A DNA stretch of 64,000 nt from the human T2T-CHM13v2.0 reference genome, Homo sapiens. The stretch's first letter is position 1; the number at the start of each line of letters is the position of its first letter. Position numbers and translations under genes: made by a program. The notes below the pieces were generated by a model. That model did no database searches. It saw only the letters and a list, made by a program, of their open reading frames with translations, and was not told the origin of the DNA. Below are positions 36,241-52,749 of the stretch, piece after piece. The stretch lies in the NCBI RefSeq assembly GCF_009914755.1, contig NC_060926.1, one strand, 5' to 3'.

Positions 36241-38799
36241 GGTCTTACATTTTGCTTATCTGTTTGTTAAATTAGAGACTTTTACAGTTTTTGCTTTTCT
36301 TCAGTACATCCTCTAAAACACTCTATGCCTCATTTGGTTATACTGAAACTCCCTCCCTCTCCAACCTGAGTACTTTGTGCCTAAGATTTCTGTGGCTGCT
36401 ACATTTTCTCTGCCATCCTCATCATTCCAATGAGCAGTCAGTCAAGTACTGAATGGAGTCTCCTTGAGATACTTTTCATATGACGCCATTAAACAACCAT
36501 GGGTTTTACTACTTGTTTCATTCCTGATATGTGAGCTACATAAACACAGTAAAAGATCACTTATTTCATGGGGCTTAGAGATTATATGCTCTTTGGGCTC
36601 CCTTTTCTAAAAACTGCACAGAAATAATCTTCCTCCTCTTGTTTCTTGAAAGACCTTACCCGATACTTTATTAGACTGTAGTTATCTTGAACATTTAATT
36701 ATATTTGCTGGAGAGATTGACTGGACTTGAGTGTTCCTAGATACATATTCAGACACAGTGTATTTGGGTGGGTTTCTTCGGTGGGTAAGGAGTTGTCTTA
36801 TTTTTCCTTTTAGTAACCTGATTTTCAAGGTTACTAGGGTACTAGCAGAGTATTACTTTACCTCTGTTTGGTATTGATTTATTTATATTTGTTTATATAC
36901 TTTATATAAAGTATAAATTACTTTACCTCTGTTTGGTATTGATTAATCCAAGTAGGAACTTGGCAGCCATTGCTAAATGAATTGAAGAGTGCTAAGTATT
37001 TTTATAGTAAAAGTGTATATAAATATTAGTGTATATATAAATACACCATTTGGTGTATTGCAAACCCCCAAATGGACATAATTTGCATTATTTTATTCTC
37101 ATCCTACAGGTTTGGGAATAAACAAAATTGATATACATCATTTTTCAACAAAGATTTGACGTTCATATATCAAGCTGCATCCTGAGTAGACAAAACACTA
37201 GTAATGCACAGATAAGATGTGAAAATTACCCCCCAAACCTTGTTGGTGTACTCTTAAATTGGTTATGTAAATGCAGCCAAGTTTTTTTTAATCAGTATTC
37301 TTTATGAGAAATCACCATATTACAGAAAAGCAAAAAATAACAGCTGTGCTAACAGCTAACATACAAGAATAAATCATGAATAATTTTTCCTTCAGAATTA
37401 TAGTGAGTTTATCGTTTTGTTCATAGATGTTCTGGTATAACTCGTTGCTATTCTTTAAAACAATTCCCTACATTTCTTGAGTACATTCCTAGGTGGGTTT
37501 GCAGAAAATATAAAAAGTAAATTTTTTTAAAGATATGTATTTGAGAGCTGGTAATTGTTCACTTTTTTGGCTTTAAAGAAAGGAAGTGTTTCATAGTATT
37601 TTCCACATATGCATATAGACCTTCACTTCCCACCTCCTTATGTATTTTCAAAGGCACAAAGTGAAGCTTTAACCTGAACTTCTCTGCCTCAACTGCTTTT
37701 TCTTTTGCAATCTTGTAGGATGTCAAGGGCGAAGAGAAAGCTCAGTTCGTAATAATTTCTGTGAAGCAAAAGAACTGGATATTATATGGGAGAATTACAA
37801 GGGGAACCTAATTTAAAGACTTGGAAAGTTAAGTAAAGATTAGGATGATGAGGGAAGACTTCTCTGAGAAAGTGACATTTAAACTGAGATGAATGGGAGC
37901 TATTCAGTGAAGAACAAGAGGGTGAGATGGGAGACAATATTCCAAGCAGAAAAGTGGGCATGACACCCAGAGGCATTTTAGAACCAATCTAAAGGATAGC
38001 CTTAATTTTTATTTGCAGTATGTAGATCATAATAGGTTAATGCAGTATTCTTTCCGACTCTCCATATCTTTTTCTCCAGTTGAATAAAACAGAAAGAGAA
38101 ATAATAGCATATTACTGGGCATGAAGCTTTCCAATAAAAAGCTTCCCTAATACTTCTAAGGATTAGGGAAACATTAATTAGCTCTTCTACAGATATAACA
38201 CTTAATTTTTTGAAGATAGTATTTTCCGTGATTATAGAGCTAATATATGTTTATTATAGAAAAATTTGAAAATCCAAAAAGGCAATGAGAAAGTATGTTT
38301 TTATACTACCAGAGAACATATAGAGTATAGTGGTGTTCTATTCCTATGTCTATATAAATAGTAGCATTTTTGTAAATTAAGATTATAATTATATGTATAA
38401 TTTTATAGTATGTTTTTTCACCTAACAAAATCATGGTCCTTTCCCCAGTGCTATTAAAATTTCTGTAATATGACTTTAATAGCTATATATGACTAATAAC
38501 AATTTGGGTACTTACTATGTGCTAGGCACATCTACATTAACTAACTTTTTTCCCAGAACAATCCTATATGGTTATAATCTCCATTTTATAAGAAATTTTA
38601 AAACTTGTGCAAGGTCACAAGCTAATAAAGGGTGGAGCCAGGGTTCAAACCCAGTCAGCTTCTAGCTTCTGCTGTTAACCAGTAATGCTATGTAGCCTCT
38701 AAATACTATGATTAATTTAAGTTAAACCCTATTTTAGGCTTTTTAATTGTTTTTAGTATGGTTTTGGCTATTTGAAATAATATTTTTGATTCTGTGAGT

Positions 38800-39155
38800 T
38801 GGCAGTTAAGTCTGGGCCCAGCTCTAGCAGCTCATCCCTGTTCCACATAGTGCTGGCTATATTTACTTACAAGTCTAGGGCCTCAGCTGGACTGGCTGGA
38901 CAGCGAGACTTCTCTCTTTACATGGTCTCTCATCCTCGATGGTGCTAGCTCAGATTGTTCACATGATGATGGCATTCCAAGAAACAAGAGCGAAAGTTAT
39001 AAGGCCTTTTGAGTTTTAGGTGCAAAACTTGAACAGTATCATATGCATCAAATTCCACTGGTCAAAGCAAATCACAAGGCCTGCCAAGATTCAGCATATG
39101 GAGTGATAAATTCATCTCCTGATGGAAGGAACTGCAATTTTGTGGCAGCCTACCA
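38800..39155. mobile_element. Old MaLR solo LTR (MLT1-type)
   Basis: attccactggtcaaagcaaatcacaaggcctgccaagattca ... catctcctgatggaaggaactgca motifs. Confidence 0.6.
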
Positions 39156-40570
39156 CACTTAGCATTTAGTTCAATGAAGACTTCTATGTGACTAGAGTGT
39201 ATAAGTTGCTGAATTTTTGTAGCAAAATATGGCCTGGAATAAATAAACTTATTGACCAAAGATGGGCACAGACAAGCATGGCTGCTACTTTGACTCTGAG
39301 GACTGGCCTCACTCTCAGGAGCCTGTCTCTCTGTACCTTGAGAGCTGATGAAAAATATAACTTTCCTACATCATTATGATCCCTCATTCTCAGGTTGTGA
39401 ACTTTTACACTTTTCTGCAGTGAACGGTCAAGGACATCTGAAGCTAGAGAATATCTCTCTAATGAGTGGCAGGGGCAGGAGAGATTTGCCTTTTTAGGGT
39501 ATCCCTGTACAACTACATAAAACAAAAGTAAATGTGCTAGGGGTAGTTAGAGTGATTAAGTGGAGCCTGGCAGAGTTATTGGATCGCTTACAAAGGGTGT
39601 ATCTGAGAGGTATATTTTGGAAGAAGTGACTGCACAGTGAAGATAAGCAATGAAAATAATAACTAAACCAAAAATGGGGCTAGTGTATTGCACAGTTTAA
39701 AAAATATGAAAAAAGATATAACTGCAAGATAAGTGTGCTCATAAAGAAAAATGCATGTCTTGAGTAAATAGGTCAAAGGTGAAACAGATGGGGGGAGGTT
39801 GAATGAGGGATTGACTAGGTACTGTGAAGGAGCTGTTTGAATAATTGATATGAGGGTGAAAGATAATTAGAAAGGGGAAATGTCATTTAGGGTTACTCTA
39901 ACAAGCATAATTCAGCCAATAATGATGGAAAGATTATGAATATGTTCATTTATTATCCAATAAAATGATAATTATGTTGTAGCCACTCAGACTTCCCTCT
40001 CCACAATAGTAATGCTATTATTTTTAATCCAATCATGTCTGTTGTTACATGTATATATTGTTTTGGAATATAAACATAAAGGCGGGTTTTATGTAGGACT
40101 TGTTCTTAATTGGAGAATATGAGGTGTTCACTTTTGCAAATATAGGAATAGAGTGGACTTCTTAATTATCTTTAAATATTCCATAAGCTAAGTTTATAAT
40201 CATAATATTAAAAGTATAAGCCATGATTTACATACATCAAATATCTATGTTTTACCTAATGTACATAGTCTCAGCTTGATAAATCAATAATTAATTGGGT
40301 GTTGATTCTGTCCCACTGTGTCTCCCAGTATTCCCATCCACTGAGCACAAGATCATTGTGTGATGTCATTATAAACATTTTAATAGAATTTACTCATAAT
40401 ATCACATGACTCAAAAACCAATTCATTATTTTTATCATTAATCATTTAATTATTCAGAAGAATTTGACATTTGATGTTATTCAAAAAGATTTATGAAGAA
40501 TAGCTATTTACTTATTTTCATGATGTTACTTCATGTTGTTTTGAGTATAACTTTAAAAATACACATTTAA

Positions 40571-40880
40571 GCCAAGCATGGTGGCTCGCACTTGTAATCC
40601 TAGCACTTTGGAAGGCCAAGGCAAGAGGATCATTTGAGCTCAGGAGTTCAAGACCAGCCTGGGCAACAAAAGGAGACTCCCATCTCCACAAAAAATAAAT
40701 CAAAAAATTATCCAGGCCTGGTTTGGACACCTGTGATCGCAGCTATACAGGAGGCTGAGGCAGGAGGATAGCTTGAGCCCGGGAAGTCAAAGCTGCAGTG
40801 AGCCGTGATTGTGCCATTGCCCTACAGCCTGGGCAATGGAGTGAGACCTTGTCTCCAAAAAATTAAAGTAAAATAAAATA
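40571..40880 (+). mobile_element. AluJ
   Basis: Alu dimer with ggaggatagcttgagcccgggaagtcaaagctgcagtgag; flanked by aaaatacMcatttaa. Confidence 0.93.
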
Positions 40881-43799
40881 CCCATTTAACACTTCATAAA
40901 GTAGTGAGTTTATTATTAGGTTGACAATAATCTCATTAAAGCAAAATGAGAAAAAAAAAGGTCTATTTCATTAATTAGCATCCTGTTGAAATATGTTTAA
41001 TTTTTATATTGCTACACTTGTTTATTTTAGGGATTCCTTTATTAATCCAATTAAAATGTGTCTATAAACCACTTAGTAAATAAAACCGTGATTAACTTTA
41101 TAAATAAAATTTAAAGTTAGCATATCAGTTTTCTTGGAAGCCCTGTCACACTTTTTGAACACAGAAATTATCACTCAGAGATTGTGAGATCATCAGGGAA
41201 AAATCTAGAGCAAAAGGCTCTTTTGCTATTTTATCAACATGCATAGTCATTGGCTTCTTTTAAAAACCTCTTTCATTTTAGACATGTGTTGCTAAAATTT
41301 TATAAGCCCACATGGTAAAAAATCAGAATGTAAAATTATATTGACTAATTAGAATATGCACAGTCTTTCAGAAGTACTTAAGCACCTACTGTATGCTAGG
41401 GATGATACCAGGAACTGGGAATATGACAAGGTCCTGCTCTTAGAGTGTTTACATTCCAATGGGGAGAGCTAGTCAATAAACACACAAACAAATGATAAAC
41501 AGTAATAATCATCATCAGATAATGAAAGTATCAGTGAATTAACAAAGTGTGAGAGAGTACCCCTAGAGTTTACATTACAGTCATTTTGACGAGATGATGT
41601 CTAATTTGAATGATGAATGGTCAGAAGAAGCCAATGTAAAGAAGAAAATCAAGTTGCCAAAATTCAATCCACCAAAAGCCATTTCCGGAGACTAATTTGC
41701 ATTTTTAAAGGAATCAGGAAACTGAAAACATTGGTGGAATTGTGGCAGGTATCTCCCTCAGAACATACACACAGGCACACACACACACATGCACACAATT
41801 TTGCATCTCATTATTATTGCTACTGTTTGTGAAATAAATATAAATTAAGTCCTAAGTATAAGATCTATTGTAGATCCTGAGTCTTAGTAAGATGGAGGTA
41901 CCTTCATATCACAAAATCTTTAATTTTTGACCTATGCTTATTGGGCTTAAATGAAGCCATATAAACAAGGTGGGTCTTTGGGGAGGTGAGGCAAGATGCT
42001 GTGAAATAGGTACTTCTAAAAGCATAGTAATATTAAAGTGTTAAATTTGGAAAACAGCAGAAGCTTTAGTTTTTATAATATTATAATTATAAAATTATAA
42101 AAGTAAACCTGACTACATCTTGGATGAGTCTATATAGAAGGTGAAGTTATCAGAATCATGGAGGCAAGTAGAATCAATTTTAATATTTAGCAAAAGAAGG
42201 CACGCATCAGTTTCAAAAGTTTAAGAAACATGGCCTGAAATGCTTTCCTAGTTCTACCCTCCTGGCACTTTAAGAAATGTATGAAGGACCCTAGAATTAT
42301 ATAATTCTATGTTAGCAAATAATTTTAAATGAGTTATCAAGATGGGCATAGATTTATGTACAGGAATATTTTTATCAGATTTATTTGTCATTGTGAAAAT
42401 TTGGGAGAAAAATCTATGTCCACCAAAGGAAAATAAGTAAAGAAATTATATATACATTTATCACAAAATTATATCCAACAATTAAAGATCATGTTTTGGA
42501 AAAGTGTTTAATGTCATAGTAAAATGCCCAGGAAGAAAAAAAGTGGTAATGATTCAATATTTAAAAGACACACATTTACACATAGAAAATATTTGGAATC
42601 AGTGCAACTGCTTCAGAGAACAATTTGGCAATATCTGTAGAGTTGAAAATGTGCAGATCCATTAACATGATTGATATACCAATAGATGAATAGTTGTATA
42701 ATCATATGATAGAATACAATTTCAAGCTTAAAAATTCATGAATTGGAATCCTATATCTGCAACAGAGATAGATCTAGGTACCTCAATAGAGATGGCTCTC
42801 AAAACATGTTGAATTTTAGAAAAGCAAGTTGCAGAATTATATGTAGTATATACCAGTATTTATATAAAATTTCAAAATACATATAACAGTAAAATATTGT
42901 TTATGTATACATATATAGGAAATAAACATATTAAAACATAACCCAGAAGGATACAGACGAGAATCGTAATACTGGTTGCCTCTGGGGTGGAAGGGAGGGG
43001 ATTGGGCTGAAAAGGAAAATGGGGTGAGGGTGAGGGATAGTATTTAACTTCATCTGTAATGTTTTCATCTTATTTTTTTAAATAAGCAAAAATGACAAAA
43101 TGTTTACATTGTAAAATTAGAGTAGTGGATGTTGTTGTTTATTAAACTCATTTTTAATGTAAGCTTTTAAAACTTTCTAAAAACAAATGATTGAAAAAAA
43201 GCATATCAATGGTTCCATAGACATTTAGGATTTTTTTGTTTCTGTGAAGAATGTCATTGGTGTTTGATACAGATTGCATTGAATCTGTAGATTGCTTAGG
43301 GTAGCATTGTCATTTTAACAATATCAATTTTTCTAATCTGTGAGCATGGAATAGCTTTCCATTTGTTTGTATCCTCGCCTATTTCTTTAATCAGAGTTTC
43401 ATAGTGTTTTTGTATTTTCAGTGGTTATTATTCAGCAGTGAGATTACAGTTCAGTTTTTATTTTCATCTTCAAACTTCTCTGTATTTTCCAAATTCACAA
43501 GATGAGTGTTGCGAAAAAAATTGCCACTTAACAGATAAATGATAACTATATTGGATTTTTGCTATGAGGGCTTCCTAAGACCCTTACAATTGTGCTGCCT
43601 CTGGAAGGCTGAAGTAGCAGCAAAAAAGGGATGATCCTCCCATACTCCATCCCCAAACCCTGGACAAAAGAAATTAGAGGGCTGGCTGCCTGCAAGATGT
43701 AAAGCTGTAAAACCAGCCTTTTCTTGGGAAGAGAGGCAGACGGATTAGGGTGTCAGTCTTGATCAGGCATCAAACTTCGAACAGGCATCAGAACAAGCA

Positions 43800-43950
43800 C
43801 CTAGAGGTTTACTAAAAAATAGATTGTCCCTAGAGTTTCTGATTCACTAAGTCTGAGATTGGGCCTGTGAATCTGCATTTTTGACAAGTTCCCAGGTGTT
43901 ACTGGTAATAGTGATGTTTGTCCCAGAACCATGTTAGAGAACTGCTGGTT
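43800..43950. mobile_element. MER5A-like hAT MITE remnant
   Basis: gagtttctgattcactaagtctg...gggcctgtgaatctgcatttttgacaagttcccaggtg ... gagaactgctg. Confidence 0.7.
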
Positions 43951-44494
43951 TAAGCAAAACCCAGCCATCAGATATTGGTATTTTTGATTACTGAAATGTG
44001 AGGGAAGCATTTGGCAGGAATCACTACAATGTTATTATCTGGCAGATCCACAAATTACTTAATGGAGTGAGCCAGCCAGTCTCAGGGAAGTTGGAGCCAC
44101 ATTTAAGAGCAGGCAGAAAAAAAAAAAAGGTATCAAATAGAAAGCTGAAAAGTAGGGAAAATGGGAATGGGCCCAGTGTAATGATGAGACCACTGAAGAG
44201 ATTTCTTTGGAAAAGCAAGGTAATAAAACAGGCATGAAAAGGGACTGTAAAAAAAACAAGTTTGGTCATCAGAGTCTGTTGCTATTTGACAAAACTAGAG
44301 GTCCAGGATGACACAAAGTTCATACCACTTTCACAAGCGCTAGAAATTCCATGAGGCCACAAACTCCTTGTGAACAGGGATTGACCCGTCCTAACTTCCT
44401 CATCCCTCCCGTCCTCTTTCCTTTTTGTTCTTCCACATTGAATAGCTCATTAGTGCCAAATATTACACTGGGCTTTGGATAAATAGTACTTTGC

Positions 44495-44830
44495 TGTCGT
44501 AGTTCAGGCTGCTATAACCAAACACTGTAAACTGGATGGCTTATAAACAACATAAACTTTTTTATCATAATTCTGGAGGCTGGGAGATCCAAGATAAAGG
44601 CACTGGCAGATCCAGTGTCTGGTAAGGGACTACTTTCTGGTGCATGTGGTCTTTTCACTGCAAACTCACATGTTGGAAGAGATCTCTTTATGGCCTAATG
44701 CCATTCATGATGGCTCTGCCCCCATGACCTAATCATCTCCCAAAGGCTCTATCTCCTAATACCATCACCTTGGGGGTTAGGATTTCAACCTACGGATTTG
44801 GGGGGGACACAGACATTCAGACCACAGTAC
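44495..44830. mobile_element. MaLR solo LTR (MLT1A/B-like)
   Basis: ggctgctataaccaaacactgtaaactggatggcttataaacaaca ... ggggggacacagacattcagaccacag. Confidence 0.8.
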
Positions 44831-46560
44831 TTACCATCTTTGTACTCCCAGCACCTAGCATAGTACCTAGCACATATAGTAGCTGCTCACTAACTGTTGA
44901 ATGAAATATGAATAAACACAGACATGAACAGCAGGAGTCATGGTCAAAGGTATAGTGAGTGGAAGATGTTATGCCTGTAGATGGGCCATTTCTGTGAGAA
45001 GTATAACACAGTGGACTGGGGCCAGTGGTGCAAATTTCCAGCTTGAGACCCCATTGGAATTGCTACTACTTGGTACTTTTTATAGTCTGAAATTTTTCCC
45101 AGTAAATTTTTGATATTTTCCCCATTGCCTGCCAGTGTTTGCCACGTCCATACCCACAGTTCCCTGTTTTCAGTTGTGAGTAAATGCTTCATTACAACAC
45201 CCTTAACCTGTCTCAGAGCCAAGGCTGCAAATAAGGCATATACCTGAATATACGATGGCCTTTACTGCAAGGTGGTCTCCTGCTTTCCTAATGAGAGATC
45301 CAAAAAAAGGTTTCGGGCCAACTTAACTACACAGACTTTTAGGAATGTAGTTAAGTAGTTATGTGTCTATTTACACTGTTTAATTTGTTACTTGATTAAG
45401 TTATGCATGCATCTTTGAAATACGTGTTGTCTAAAATAATACATTAGCTTCTTCACTTATGTGTTTTAAAATGATTTCAATTTAATACTTTCATAAGAAT
45501 CTTAAGTCATTTAACACAGTTTTTCAGAGTATATCATCTTCACTTCCATTTAAATTGTTTGAAATATAGTATTTTTTGAATCTGTGGACAATGCTGCCAC
45601 TGAAATATTTATCACAAACCACAAGTCCCATTCATTCAACACTAGGATAATTGTTTTTTACGCATTCTTTAGTGTAGTTTCATGAATCCCACAATGTAAC
45701 TATATACAGTATATTAAATTGGTCATAAAAAGGCTTCTTTACAAAAACAAATAATACTAACAAATGTGAAGTTGCATTCCCCACAAGATTGGATACTAAA
45801 TCTTCTAAAAATTTACTTGCCATGATTTTTTATTTAATAGCTCAATCAAGATAACTTTTATAAGCATTCCACACTATCATTGATTATGGCTGTTTCAAGC
45901 TAGTATGTCCTCCTCAAATAGCACCTCGTAACTGAATAAGGGAATTAAAAGAGCACCCCATAATATAAGGAATTTTGTAAATTCTTGACTATAAAGCAAC
46001 TTCCACTCATATTCAGTAATATGGGAGGGAAACCACCTCTTATATTTGGAAAAGTACTATAAATTTATTTCCTTCTAACTTTTTATTTTAAAAAAATAAA
46101 CATTTTCTTCTCTAGACCAAAACTGTATAATGATTAGAAAAGAAAACTGAATCAAAGGGTTATATAATATTAAGGACTTATTAAAATATGGTTGGATTAA
46201 CACACAACTGTGTAGTTTACGGTCATTAAGAAGTGATGGATATATTTTTATGTCAAGTTAGAAGGAGGCCTTATGTGTACGTTTGTATGTTTGAGTGTAT
46301 GTGTATATGTAATGCCATAATTACGGGTCTGTCTCTAGTAATTAGAAAGTTGGATATGCCGAAGAGCAAGTAGATTAGTTTAATTGGAGTAAGTGGACTA
46401 AGTTGGAAGAAGGAAACAACTTGAATTTGACGTATGATTTTGATAGCAAAGGACATCAATGTGATTGGGTACACTTCGTAGTTTATTCTATTTTAAAACT
46501 GTAAAGCTTCTCAGTTTTCAACATTAAATATACAAGTTCACATATTTACATATGTTTCAG

Positions 46561-47230
<670 letters not shown>

Positions 47231-49290
47231 TAAGTTCTTATTATTACCTGTGGTACCTGCAAAGTTGTACTCCAAAGACTAAGGAGAGAACCAAGCATGG
47301 TGACTGATGGCACCTCATATAAATGTGAAAAAGTGACCTTTGTGCTAGAAACATATGAGAATTTTTATTGCCTTAGATTTCCAGAGAGAATTTTTTGCAT
47401 TACTTGTTTATATAAGGTGTCATTCTGCTTATCTCTGTAACAAGAATAAAGAAAAATAAGAAGATTTCTAAAAGAAACATGCAATCATCATTACCACATT
47501 CACAGGAGAATGTAAAATACTGGGAATATCACTTGACCTGATATCACTTGACAGAATTACTCTGTCCTTCAGAGTGTGTCAGCTGGCTTTTTTGATAAAA
47601 TTGAGTTTTTATCCATAGAAAGTTTCAATTATTAGACTTCTTAATGCCTCATGTTAACTAAAAATACATTTCTTTTTTTCTGCATAGTCTTTAATCTATT
47701 TCCTTGCGTGTAATAGTAAAAGTGAAAAAGTCATGGAGAAGGCTCTGCATCTTACAAGTAAATAGTCATACAAATAAAATGCCTACTCTTTTCAATGTCA
47801 ATGCTATACATCTGTTGTAGAACAAGTTGAATGGAATGACTAAACTGTTAAGAAGAAGTTTTAGTCTTACTCATTAAATAGTTGACATCTAAGTTCCCTA
47901 CTTCATAGTTTTTCTGTAAGTGTCTGAAAGAAGATACCATAAATCTTTCTTGTGATGTAATGAAAAATTTTAGAAACAACTTAAAACTTTTTAAAAGGTA
48001 TCACATTCCATTATTAGATTGATGCATTTACTTTCAGTGTGGCTATTTATATCCCAGCTTCAACAGAATTTGCCAGTCCAGCAAGAATGTATTCATAGAA
48101 ATGAGATATTTTTGGTTATGTAAACACAGACTATTTTATGGCATAATAACTCAGAAAGTCAGTTCAGATTCTGTCCTGAGTTTGTTTGCTTGTTGTGTGT
48201 AAGGCGTTTCTGGAGGTAAATCTAATTACCAATTAAAAGCATTTTGTTGCATAAATTTTACTTCTATAATATTAAAGATGTGATCCATATTTATTGGGGT
48301 GAAGGGATAAGAAAGCAGAGAATATGAAGCTCATCCCATGGTAGATGAGATGAACAAGCACACATGAGATAACTTCTTCAGAGTTTCTATTGCCAGTGCT
48401 GTTAACAAAGTACCAGAAATACTTTGTTATAAATATAATATAGCAAGTTATCTGTGTTATATGTTTATACTTATGGTTGTTCTAGTTTATAAAGAGCAAA
48501 TGTATATTCAGCATAGAACAAAAGACTCTAAAATCTGGATAATTTTTTTTTCACTTCCTTTTTGTTCCTATGAAAGATAGATGAGCTTTTTCAACTTCTG
48601 CGAGCAAAAACCAAAGTAAATCTGGGAGTCAAAAACCAAGTTAAAGTCTAAGAAACTGTCAGGTATCTTGTTCATGATTTTCTAAGTCTGACTAGACTTT
48701 ATACCATCTGATATCCTTGTTAGTATGGGTTCTCCAACTTCAAATCTGTATACTGATAATTATTTTGGAAACAAGCTTTCCTAGATTAGGTAAAACACTC
48801 TCAAATTAAATTAACCAGCATAGATTTAATTTGTTTGTATATAACTAAATTACTACTTGAACATGTATAGCTCCTTCTATAGCTCCCTGCTCAATGTGCA
48901 GTTTGCTCATAATTTTTAGATTGGTCTCCAGCTGCTCCTGCCTCAGGGTGGCATTGAGGCTACACATTAAATTTTCCACCTACTTCCAATCTTCTAAGCT
49001 TTATCTATGCTGTAAGTTTTTAAACTTTTTTACATTAATTATTACTCTGAGAAATTAATTAAAGAGATACAACTGAAGGAAAGAAGCCAACTGACTTTTT
49101 GAGAGGAAATGTTTTTAAAGCATCTGGAGTACTTTAATAGAATTAAGGAATTCATGTCTTCAGGTTTAATTTTACAATTAAATTCCTCTAGGATTCCGTC
49201 CATATACTTTCTTCTAAGTTAAAATGTTGGGCAGTTCCTTTTCACCAAATTCATGAATGCTTCACATGAAAAATCAACAAGACATTATAC

Positions 49291-49603
<313 letters not shown>

Positions 49604-50898
49604 TGAAATCACCAGACCTCCAAAGACATCTTGTTGCCCTTCCCTGCAGTGGTTGAACTCGTCACTAAAATGAGAATTCTCTGCATATCACCTGAAAAAA
49701 AAATAGCCTAAGTAAATGAGTAATTTGACAAAGTTGAGGATTTTTGTTTAGATTTTCTACATGCTGAAATTACTTTCATAAGTGTCCATAAATAAAATAT
49801 GAATTGCATTTTAAAGCTAGTTCACTAATAGATTTTTAAAAAATACTACTTGTGTTTTTGTAGATAGAACAATCTGTGTCCAGTATTGTAATGTTTTGTA
49901 TATGAAATGGAGATTATTGTTTCTGGATGAACTTGGTCAGAGGGCTTAAGTGAAGGTTTTGGTAAATAGTCATAACTAAAAGATATTCTCAAGTGAAAAG
50001 TATATAATTTCAAAGCATAATATGTATTTAAGTTCAAACATTGACATGTTAATGTAAAGTCCTAAAATGCAGATTGTCCATCTCACATAAAATAACTCCC
50101 ATTGTAAATAAAAATCAGAGACATCTCTTGTCATCTGAATTACTACTTAATCTGTATTGATGAATATTCACATATCTTACTGACTTTTGTGATCTGAAAC
50201 TTCGTAACATTGAAGTACCTACACGATTATTAGCCCGAAGACCTGCGAGGCACATTTCTGCTGCCTAAAACCCTATTTCCTCATAAGTTTCCTTTCTTTT
50301 GTCAACTCTGCTTAATTCCTCTCTCTCTCTCTGTACAGTTTGACTCTTCAGTGTATCTTCGGATATAACTGATCTATTATATCTTTAAAGAAACACATGG
50401 GTAAGGGGGAGATAAAAGAAACCTGTTTTTACATAGGGACAACTTGGTTCTAGATTCCAAGATAAACAGGGACTTGCTCACTCCAACTTTTGTGGACTTG
50501 CCAACTTTCTGGTTCGAACTTCAATATGTTTCTAAATTTCTGTTTTTCCTCAAAGAGCTTTCAAAGTAGATATTCTAGTTTAAAATGAGAGTCATTGCTT
50601 TTATGTAGTTTTCTTGTTCTTTGTTCCTTTCTTGCCTGCTTCTGTCCTTTCTTAAGAATAGCATTTTTACCACCTTTAGTCTACTCTTGGTTTTCAGAAT
50701 ACTTTTATTTAATTTTCTATGAAGATCTGTATTTTTCTGAGAAATATTTTGGTTCAAAAGAAAACACAATATTGTTAAAGGCTATAATTTAGTAGCTAAC
50801 ATAATATTGACAAAGAAAATGCTTTTCCCTAGTGGGAAAATATCCCATAAAGGACAGTAAGACTATAAATTATGCCTTTTTTCATATAATATGTGTAG

Positions 50899-51057
<159 letters not shown>

Positions 51058-52051
51058 TAGATCTACAGCAGTGTTTTATTTTTTAGGTATTTTGTATATT
51101 TGTTTTTCTCATTTGGAATTTTATTTTTTATTACTTCTCCAATCATACATTTTAATTCTTTATCTAATTCTCATATTTTGCATGTGTTTTGGAATGCTTA
51201 AAAATTGTGGAAAATAATTCATGTCTAAGAGTCATTTTCAAAGGTGTCAAATCTATATTCATATTAAATTTCATTAAAACCACCTTTCTACCTTTTCATT
51301 AGAGCTGTATCTAATATTGCTCGGCATTTAATAGTGCAATATTTTCTCTCATTACTGTAACTGCTCAAATCTGCAATGTTATTGTTAGCACTGGTATTGA
51401 TAAATCTGCCACAGATATTCTCAAAATCACAAAACTGAACCCTCCTAGCCAAAATATGAAACTGTTTTACTCATTTGCAAGGTAAAAAGTAAAATCATGT
51501 AAAATGGTAAAATATTATTTGCTATAGAAATAGGTCATTATTTTGTGAATGTCTATTATAATGCCAATTTTAAAAGTAAAGGTTAGACAATTTTTACTTT
51601 TCATTTGTGTGTCACCACATTCCAAAAAAAGATTAACATAATAAATAAATTTAAAACAAAACAAGTAATAGATTTTCAAAATCAGTGACAAGATAATATT
51701 AACGTAATAATAAAATGAAGCCAAGGAAAAAGTTAATATGTAGAAATATCATAGCTTTTTGTTTTGTCTTTTTTAAGTGTACTTCATCTGTTTTTACACT
51801 GTTAGAACATCAGGAGGTATCTAAAATTGAGAACATTATCAGATATTATACCTTTTCATATATTTATCTTGGCTGTCTTAGAATTAGGATAGTATTCATT
51901 ATTTACTTTGCCACTAAAAGCTTGAGTTCAGCAGAAGTACTTACTAAGTTATATAAAGTTGCCTTTCTTAAAAACTTGAGAAAGTTTTATTCAGATTTAT
52001 GGCTTAATCTATGCACAACTTTTTTTTTAAACAAAGGGATCTTTTTATTAA

Positions 52052-52282
<231 letters not shown>

Positions 52283-52749
52283 TAATATGGTGAAAGGTTC
52301 AGGAATTCTCCTCTCCCTAGAGAAGGAGTTGCTAGAAATCATTTTGCCTAGCATTTTCTCATTCTACTTTTCAGGCACGCACAATGCTTTTAAAATTCTG
52401 TATGTCCTGTAATTTTATTACAAATAGCAAACTAGTTCTGAAAAAATATAGTGAGGTTATTTTCCAAAATTTCTTACCCAGAGCATTCAGTTTAACAGGC
52501 AGAATAAACACTAATTAGTACATACAAATACTCTGCAAGTGTGTAAAGCTGAGCTAACAAAAGTTCCCTTGGTTTTTAGGAAATAAATGTAGCCTTTTTC
52601 CTGGGGGTGGATTGGAATGTGTGGTATCAAGTCCCCAAAAGCAGTGTTATTCTTTTAGTTATTTGTCGAACACCTACTAAACAGAAATCACCTTGCTGAA
52701 AACTTTTTATATCTCCACCACCACACACACGCATGCATGGGGGCTTTCT

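Noticed and set aside
36852-36944. Repeat-spacer-repeat resembling a mini CRISPR array
   Set aside because: Only two copies, a low-complexity spacer, a primate intron and no cas genes; kept only as a duplication scar.
47526-47552. Short tandem duplications (atatcacttgac x2; also ~18545-18575 and ~23265-23310)
   Set aside because: These are ordinary slippage-scale duplications with no further structure.
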